A stretch of 64,000 nucleotides of DNA from Cycas panzhihuaensis. Taxonomy: Eukaryota > Plantae > Cycadophyta. The stretch is taken from contig CM041465.1 of the NCBI GenBank assembly GCA_023213395.1, positions 198,841,741-198,905,740 on the forward strand. The letters are read 5' to 3'. Shown here in pieces: positions 55,671-64,000 of this stretch. The notes beneath the pieces are model-generated. The model worked only from the letters and a program-made list of their open reading frames with translations. It made no database searches and was not told where the DNA came from. The first letter of the stretch is position 1, and each line of letters begins with the position of its first letter. A program made the translations under genes and the position numbers.

Positions 55671-56319
55671 CAGGGGAGGCTGAGATGAATCCTTTTATTT
55701 TGGGCTAGACCATGGGCCTATCATGGTCATCTTTTCTAAGTCATTGGGCCTCGATGTACAAGGTTTGGGGACCTAGTTAAAACCCCTTCAATATTATTTT
55801 ACCTTATCAAAAAAAAAAAAAGTTTATTCATTTAAAAATTTAAAAGCTTAGAATTTTTATTTCTTCATCATCAAGAAGTCTTATTTTAGATCTACATATT
55901 TAAAGATCTTAGTTACTTTGCAAGTTTGCTATATAATCATTCTATTTTAAAGTATATTTAAAATTATATATTATAAGTTTATTAATTTATTAAGTTCTTT
56001 GATTTCTTCTAAAGGCACATATTTTGTTGAGAAGTACAAAAAGTTCACTTGGTAAAAGCATCCTTGATTCATTATTATACTTAAGGTTGCATATAATGCA
56101 CTTTACTTCAAAGGAACATTTCATTTTTAAGGGCATTACATTTTTTTCTTGGAAGCTATTAGTAAGACCACATCATTGATAACTTATTAACATTGAATTA
56201 CATTCTTATTGGAATATTTTTATTATATACTTCCATTAGTATTGAACTCGTTTAAGGATTTGTATACTTGAAAAGTATATTCTTTTTTATTATGTACTAA
56301 AGTTTCTTATAAAATAGAA

Positions 56320-57036
56320 ATGAATTTAAATCAAATATGATTCCCTATATTTGATGGCCATAATTTTTAATAATGGTATAAAATAATACAAACTTACTTT
56401 ATCACAAATAATCTTTGAAGATACCTACAAGATGGATATAACCTTAATAATAAATAAGATATAAAAAAAGATAATGAAGCCTTAGCTATATTATTTTGCA
56501 CTATAGATGACAATATTTTTTTTAAAGTTTGTGAAATGACGACCTCCAAATCCATATGAGATACCTTAGGTTCTATTTATGGGAGAGAAACCCTCAATAT
56601 AAATGAATTTAACATTAATGTTGTTAAGCATGTGAGACAGATGTCAGAGTAGGTTGTTTATGATAAAAAGACTAAGGAAGAGAATTCAAATCAAATGAAT
56701 GATCGCCTTGTTGTACATAAAGTTGATCCTTCATTTGAAGGGGAGAAACCTTATGATATGATAATTACTCATAAAATAAAGATTTTAGAATACAAAGTTA
56801 AAGTTTCAGGAGATAAAATTGGAGTTATAGTCATTCATCTTAATTCAAATCAAGCTACACCTACTTAGACTTCATTTGAACCACTTAATGTTAAAGAAAC
56901 ATACATTACTAAAAAGACGAGGCAAGTTGATGACAATCAAACTAATGGACAAACATTCAAAGCCTTTTTTTAAGTTTTTTTAAAGTTTAAATTTCACAAG
57001 TTTAAAGAGAAGATAAAGATGTTCATGATGACCATT
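56320..57036 (+). pseudogene. Degenerate Copia-type gag of element C
   Basis: MNLNQI*FPIFDGHNF**WYKIIQTYF...KALAILFCTIDDNIF...TSKSI*DTLGSIY. Confidence 0.65.
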
Positions 57037-57108
57037 AAGGGGGAGAATGTTGGTGTTAATATTTATCACCCTACTCCCACCATTTACATATGTGAGTGCA
57101 CACATATA

Positions 57109-58199
57109 TGTTAAGAAGATAAGGTCCCAACCCTTAAACTGCCACCAAGATCTTTAGTATTCTTACAACTAGTTATAGGAATTAAAACTAAAATTTAACA
57201 TGCAAGTTCTTAAACTAGAAATAAAATAATAAAATAAACAAGAAAGCCAAGTATCACATATACATCCAATATAACGTGGTAAAAGCCTAGTAGTGTGTTA
57301 GAAAAACATCCACACAGGAAAGGTATTGATCTTTATTATCAAAGAATAGAGAAAAAATACATAATCTATAGCAGAGTGCTCACAACAACAATAACCAATT
57401 GCCCAACTACTCATAGTACATTGAACACTATCAACATGATGAAAAAATGCCCTAAATCAGACTATATGAAAAAGTCACACAAGGCACAAATCATGACCGT
57501 AGAATCTAGGGTATTTTAAGCAAACGACCCTCATTTTATTTACAATTTAATATACTTTCTAATACTAGATTTTTGGGTCAGGGGCTATTGCCCCCAAAAT
57601 CCCTCTTTGTAGGGAGTGTTCCATATCCACTACACCTCTTTAGAACCCCCCAAGAAAGGTTTGGGGGGGAAACTGCACTGCTAACCTGTCAAAATTTTAG
57701 CCACTAAATCATTGTTGTCATATTATCTAATAATCTTCACCTTGACAACAATGTACCTGGTATCTTTCTAAGGCCATTCATCACCTTTTCTGTAAGTGAG
57801 GAGAAGTCAAATACCATTTAAACTTCTCTAATAGTATTGGTTTTGTGAACATATCAGTACAATTTTGATTTGTATTAACCTTCTTAAGTTGCACTCCACC
57901 TGCTTCCATAACTTGTCTAACAAAATGGTACTTAAGAGCAATATGCTTTGTCCTACTACGATAAGTTGGATTCTTAGCTAAGTAAATGGCACTTTGACTG
58001 TCACAAAGTACCTTTACCTTTTCTTATTTCCTTCCAAGCTCAACCAATAGATACTGAACTAGATTACTTCTTTACAAGTATGTGCTATAGCAATATATCC
58101 AGCTTCTGTAGTCGATAATGTAATTATGCTCTATAATTTTGATATCCAACTAATTAGATCATTTGCAAGAGTAAATACATAACCTAAAGTAGACCTTCT
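57109..58199 (-). mobile_element. Copia element D: 3' LTR and RNase H, interrupted by B2
   Basis: LTR 57109-57732, PPT AAGGTGAAGAT (reverse of 57733-57743), RNase H LCDSQSAIYLAKNPTYRSRTKHIALKYHFVR ~57915-58010. Confidence 0.85.
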
Positions 58200-61100
58200 T
58201 GAAAAGAGTGGATCTATCCTTCATCTCCATGCACTAAACACAAAGGAGAACATGGAAGTAAAAGAGACTTAAGAGAAAGAAAGTAGCTCTCACAAAATGG
58301 GAAGGTAAGAATAAATCTCCTCTATTGAACTTTTACTTTTATATTAAGAGAGGGAGCATTAGAGTTAGGTGAAATTAAATTATATATAATGCACATGAAA
58401 GTGCATTTCACTTAAGTGATCTAATTTAAAATTCACTTAAGACCCTTTTCAAAATAATCAACTAATGTAATGACCTTATGACTTTAACCCTTTTCAATCT
58501 CCCCCTTAATGGTAGAAGGTCATTTTATCCTATTTTATTCTATCCTATGAGTCTTCATTTTATCCTCTTACAAGGAAAACTACTATGACACTTTTGTAGG
58601 AAACCCTCATGGGGAAGAAAACCCATAAATTTTTTAATCTACTAACCTGGCTCAGGCGGCTCTTTAAATGAAGCCAGATAGCCAATCAGTATAATAAATT
58701 ATGTAACTGAAATCTACTGAGTCTCCATATACCATTTGGTCATCCCTCATGCCTTTTTGGGTTTTCACAGGTTTCTATTTTCCTAAATGATATAACCCTT
58801 ACACTTTCGTACCCACAAGGGGTTTTCACGAATGTGATAGATCATAGACTTACTCTTGTCCTTCCATACCCATAAGGGGTTTTCACGAATGAGATAGAGT
58901 ATGGTGGTCCTATTGTCATCTCCTTTAATTAGTCAAAGATGGAGGCCCTAAGGTTGAGTTGCTTTTGGAACTATTCAAACTTCACCCTCTTCAGTGGTTT
59001 GGTGAAGATATCGACCACTTGATCTGTTGTGGGGTGGTACTCCAGTTGAATTATGCCATCATAAACTAGTTCTCTAATCCTATGGACTTTCATACTTATA
59101 TGTTTGGTATGATCATGAAATATAGGATTTTTAGCCATCTGGATTGTAGATTGATTATCTACATGTAAGCTAGTAGAACTTGTTTGGGTGATATTTATTG
59201 TATTCAACAATTTTCTAAGCCATATCACCTCCTTGTTTATCTCAAAAGCAATAATATACTCAGCTTCGACAGTTGAGTCTACAACTATCTTCTATCGTCT
59301 GGATCTCCATGATATTGGTGTTGTTTTAGGAAATGTTACGTACCCAACCGTAGATCTTCCTGTGTCTTTATCTCTGGCAAAGTCTGAGTTTGTATATTCA
59401 TAAAGTTTAAATTCTACATTAGGTTCATACAATAGACCATATTTGCTAGTCATCTTTAGGTAGCTCAATACTTATATTGTAGCTTGCCAATGATTCTGCT
59501 TATGATTTATCATTAATCTTACAAGAATACCAACAAAGTGTGTAATATCTGGCCTTGTGTTGATAGTATAGATGAGACTACCTACAAGTTACCTATAGAG
59601 TGTTGCATCTACCTCCCTAATGTCACCATTAACTGAGAGTTTAATATTACGATCCATAGGTGTATACGCTGGTCGATCACTTTCTAATTGAAAGTTTATT
59701 AGAAGATAGTAGATATATTTTTCTTGGGAGAGAGATTTTGCCATTCTTTTGAGTTACTTCACTGCCCAAGTAATATTTCATCAACCTAAGGTTAGACAAT
59801 TCAAAAGTTTTAGCAAGGTCATTATTTAGCTAGTTGATTACCTATTTACTATTTCCTGTTATTAGCATATCATCCACAAAGATTAAGAGGTAAATGACTT
59901 TATCATTTTGGCGCTTGATGAATAATATTGCATCAATATCTTGATAGTCATAAATCTCATATCCAAGTTACCTCATTCTTTCAGACAACTTGGTAAACCA
60001 AGCACGAGGGGCTTGCTTTAGGCTGTACAAGGACTTTTTGAGCTTGTAAACCTTATGCTCCTAACTGATAATCTCGTATCCTTCTGGATGAGCCATGTAA
60101 ATTTCTTCTTTAAGGTCCCCATTGAGAAATATGATCTTAACATTAAGTTGGCAGATTTTCTAACCCTGTTGAGTAGCCAAGGTTATAAGAGTTCTGATTG
60201 TAGGCCACTTAGTTATAGGAGCAAAGATTTCAGTGTAGTTAATGCCTTTCCTTTGCATAAATCCTTTTACTACCAACCTCGCCTTGTGTTTTTCTAGGGT
60301 GCCATCTGATCTATACTTATTTTTGAACACCCATTTATTTTAAATTATCTTTCTTCAAAGTGATAGATCAATAAGCTCCCATGTATCGTTCTTGATAAGA
60401 GATTGGTACTCTTCGTTTATGGCATTTCTCTAAGCTACATGTTTTATAGTTTCTTGGTATGTTAGAGGCTCTTCATTAAGAGTAAGATGCAATTCTGTCG
60501 GTTCAAGTTCAACAGAAAGTGATTCATGCATCTTTACTCTATGGGCACTTCTAGTGCTAGTTTTACCTACCTCATCTGGTCGCATACCCTTCTGTAGCTA
60601 GTAGGCTTTATAAAAACCTCAAGTTGGTAATGAGGTTTTAATTTCCATAGCCTCTTGGTCTTAATTTTGATCCTAAAAAGGATCATGTAAAATGTTTAGC
60701 ATGAAGGAAGTTGACGATGCTGAAGAAGATGGGCCAACCACAGATGTTGGAGAAGATGATCCTTCTGCTATGGCTTTGCCTTTGTCAACTTGGTTGTTCA
60801 CAAATGATGGTGTTGGATGTGTACACATTGGCTGGGAATCATAACTTGTATCCTGTGAGCCTCTATTATTAGATTCTAAGATTTTGACCAATTGTTTAGC
60901 ATCTGTCCCCCTAAAGTTTAAAATCTAGATATCAAATTCAGTAGCATCATTAAATCAGTATGAAGGCATCTTAGAGTCAAGTCTGAGTAATTGATCTTCA
61001 TTCTCTGCAAAGATAACATCCTTAGTAATGATGATTTTATGATGTAAAGGTATGAAAACCTTGTATCCATTTTTCTCCATAGGGTATCCGATAAAGATGT

Positions 61101-64000
61101 CTTTGATGGCTCTATCTTGGAGCTTATTTCTATGTTCCTCTAGAATATGAGCATAACAAGTAAAGCCAAAAATTCTAAAGTGGGAGATAGAGGGGGTTTA
61201 TCCATACCACATTTCATGTGGAGAGGGGCTGAGCTTGTGGAGACTAACAGTGTTGATGCAATACACAACAATCCAGATAGCCTTAGCCCAAATATAGATA
61301 GGGACATTCTTATATACCAGTATAGCACGAGCCATATTCATGATGGTCCTATTCATGCACTTGGTAACTCCATTTTGCTAGGGTATACCTGTAACAGTGG
61401 TTTGGTGTTTGATTCCATGTTGACATAGGTACGATTTAAACTCATTGGATATGTACTCACCACCATTGTTAGTCCTGAGTATTTTGATCTTAAATCCAGA
61501 TTCATTTTCCACGTAGGCCTTAAAATCTTGAAACATAAAAAAAGCTTTATCTTTCTTTGCAAGAAAATAAACCCATACTTTCTTGGTAAAATCGTCAATG
61601 AAAGTAATATAGTACCACTTCTGTTTGAGAGAAGGGATGGGTATAGGACTGCATATATCTAAGTGTATAAGCTGCAAAGGTTGGTTAGATTTCCACTGAC
61701 TACAAGGAAAGGGTTGTCTTTGAGATTTAGCAATAATACATGCTTTGCATTTAAAGGGCTTAGAGGAGAGCTTAGGCAAACTAGGAAGAGTGGCTTGTAG
61801 TTCTCTTAAATGATCAATTTTGATATGGCCCATACGAGCATGCCACAGGGCTGCTTGGGATAACTTTTGAGGAGTTAGGGTTGTGGTGAAAGTAGAGTCA
61901 TCATCAATATAGTTGGCTTTAGAGGATGGTGAGCTAGTTAGACGAAAACGTTTGCCATCAAAAATTCTAGTCATAACCACAGCATTTGAAGGAGGGTGAA
62001 TGACATAGAGAGTTTGATTTTTTGCAGTTACACTCAAATCAAATCCACGAGGGATAAGGGTGGACATTGAGAGTATATTCTAATTCAAAGCAAGAATATA
62101 TAAAACATTAATAAGTATAAAATATGGAAGGCCTAAGAGTTTCAGGTAAACAGTTCCAATTCCTTCGACTGATTGAGATGATTTTTCATCTATGTATACA
62201 ACACCATAAACTTTAGAGTCAAAATCTTGAAAGAACTGGCGATGACAAGTCATGTGTTGTGTTGCTTCAGTATCCATGATCCACAATGAAGTATTTGAGG
62301 TGGCACTATTTACAACTCCAAGTGGTGAAGGCAAAAGTGAATAAGCATAACCACAATGAGCCTTAATATACTTAGTAGATATATTAACAACATTTGATGA
62401 AATAGTCCCAATTCTTTAAAGGTGTGCATGAGCAAATTGCATTCCACCAAAAGTATCTTCAAAGAAAGTATTATCAACATTATGTGCACCATGGCACTAT
62501 TGATAACTTGGTAGTTTGTTGGTGGAAGTTCTACAATTTTTGGTATAATGTCCTTTTCTATTACACCTTTGGCACACAACTATTTAATTTCCAATCCAAG
62601 TATTGGGTTGGTTGGATTATCTCTAATTACTGGATCTAGGTCTAGGTTGATTATTTTGGCCTTAGCCTTGAGACTATTTTTATTAGAGTTGAGGAACCTG
62701 TTGACTAAGAGGATGTTGTCCTTGTTATCTACCTCTTCCTCTTCCATGAGAATTACCACCTCTACGAGAGTATTAACCTTGATTTTTGGTATAATAAAGA
62801 TCTTCTTCCACTTCAAAAGCAGCATCAACTGGATATGATATAGTGGTAAAGTTGGTATCAAAGGTCTTATCAAATTCAACGAACTTATCGGCAAGATCCT
62901 CAAAGTTTAGGGTCTTCAAAGTGCCACTAGATTGAAGACTTCCCAATAGATTTTTGTAATTTAGGATATGGAGACATGACTGAATTAAGAAAGACTATGT
63001 AATGCATTAAGTTTTAAAATCTTTATCAATGACTTACTTGATTTGACGAAGGAGATTGATTGTCTTACTTGCTTATCCTTTCTACATTTTTAATTTATTC
63101 ATCTTTAGCACTAAGTGAACAAATTCTAAGTATGATTTACTGTCAAAGTTCTTTTTAAGAACTTCAAGAACTTTCCATGCTATATCATGTACAACTTCAT
63201 CAATGAGATTATGTAGGGAATAATCAATGACAAGCAGTATCCTTGTACGAATTTTATCATCATCAAGTTCCCATTGGCGTTTAGCTGCAGCTTTAGTGGG
63301 AGCAGTTAGAGCACCTCCCTGAGAAGTAATTCATGTAGGTATAGATGTAATAGATGGTGTAGGTTGCAAGTGATCTCTCCATAGACTTTCATACTTTGCA
63401 TCATTTCTGACACCAGTGAACCACATGTCTCAATTTTCTTTCCTTTTTAGAATGCAGTTCACATTTTACTTGAACTGTGAAAATATGGTGTCTTTTTAGA
63501 AAGGAAGAAATGAACAAAGGACTATAAAAGTGATAGTAATAAATGACCAATTACTACTTACAAATGGGAAATGTAATAAAGTAGTGTAGCAGAAAGAAGA
63601 AGAAGTGAGAATGGTTGCTCAAAGATGAAGGGAGTAACTTAGAGAAAAGTCACCAACACTTGTGACAAATATTAACCTATCGCAGAAGGAATATGAGAAG
63701 CACTATGATAAAAATTGGCCACTAACACTTGTGGAAAATATTAACCTAATGCAATAAGAATATGAGAAGGACTATAATTGTGATTATACTATGGATTACT
63801 TTTTACAAATAAGTAAGTGATTAATATACAAGATTGTAGGCCAATATAGAAGCTGACATCATTGGGTTTAAACAACTTGAAACTCAAATGTAGGATGCGT
63901 AATCAACCCAATAACCTCTAACTTGTGTCTAACATGTAGTTGAGGTTATTGAAGAGATGCCTAGGCTTCTAGTAGAATTAAGTTGGCCTTCACCTTTGAT
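58200..64000 (-). mobile_element. Ty1/Copia family B copy 2 (3' LTR, full degenerate gag-pol; 5' end beyond the window)
   Basis: LTR 58200-58496, PPT 58497-58509, RNase H VDNQSTIQMAKNPIFHDHTKHI (ORF 58971-59228), integrase/GAG-pre LWHARMGH (ORF 61378-62067), protease WIMDTEATQHMT, gag start ~63486. Confidence 0.94.
63651..63780. repeat. ~69 bp tandem duplication in the B2 leader
   Basis: CAC(C/T)AACACTTGTG..AAATATTAACCTA..GAATATGAGAAG at 63651 and 63720. Confidence 0.8.

Larger units (their letters stand above)
49288..55821 (+). mobile_element. Full-length degenerate L1-clade LINE with C-terminal RNase H
   Basis: ORF1 and ORF2 remnants, A13 tail 55809-55821, imperfect 12-bp TSD AATGTTAATTCA (49276-49287) / AAAGTTTATTCA (55819-55830). 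Confidence 0.95.

Overview
AT-rich plant nuclear DNA, probably from a large, heavily methylated genome such as a gymnosperm (inferred from deep LTR nesting and pervasive C>T/G>A decay). The only recognisable host gene is a six-exon clade IV SWEET (SWEET16/17-like) sugar transporter at 26810-28345 (+). It has canonical exon architecture and a GC-AG third intron, but as sequenced it carries a -1 indel (exon 1), a +1 indel (exon 4) and a one-codon deletion (exon 5), so it is either a recent pseudogene or has assembly errors. Most of the rest is degenerate retroelements: two Copia families present twice each (A, B), a complete chromoviral Gypsy with an exact TSD, two copies of another Gypsy family (F), a gag-only non-autonomous LTR element (C), further Copia remnants and a full-length L1-clade LINE with RNase H. 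From 31.4 kb onward these form a five-level nest. There is also a 1.2 kb (TA)n array with a strand-polarity switch and a 793 bp tandem duplication. The least explained signal is a compact, multi-stem, GC-richer module in the 5' leader of each of several unrelated LTR families. All alignments and base-pairings were made by eye. No new biological system is demonstrated.
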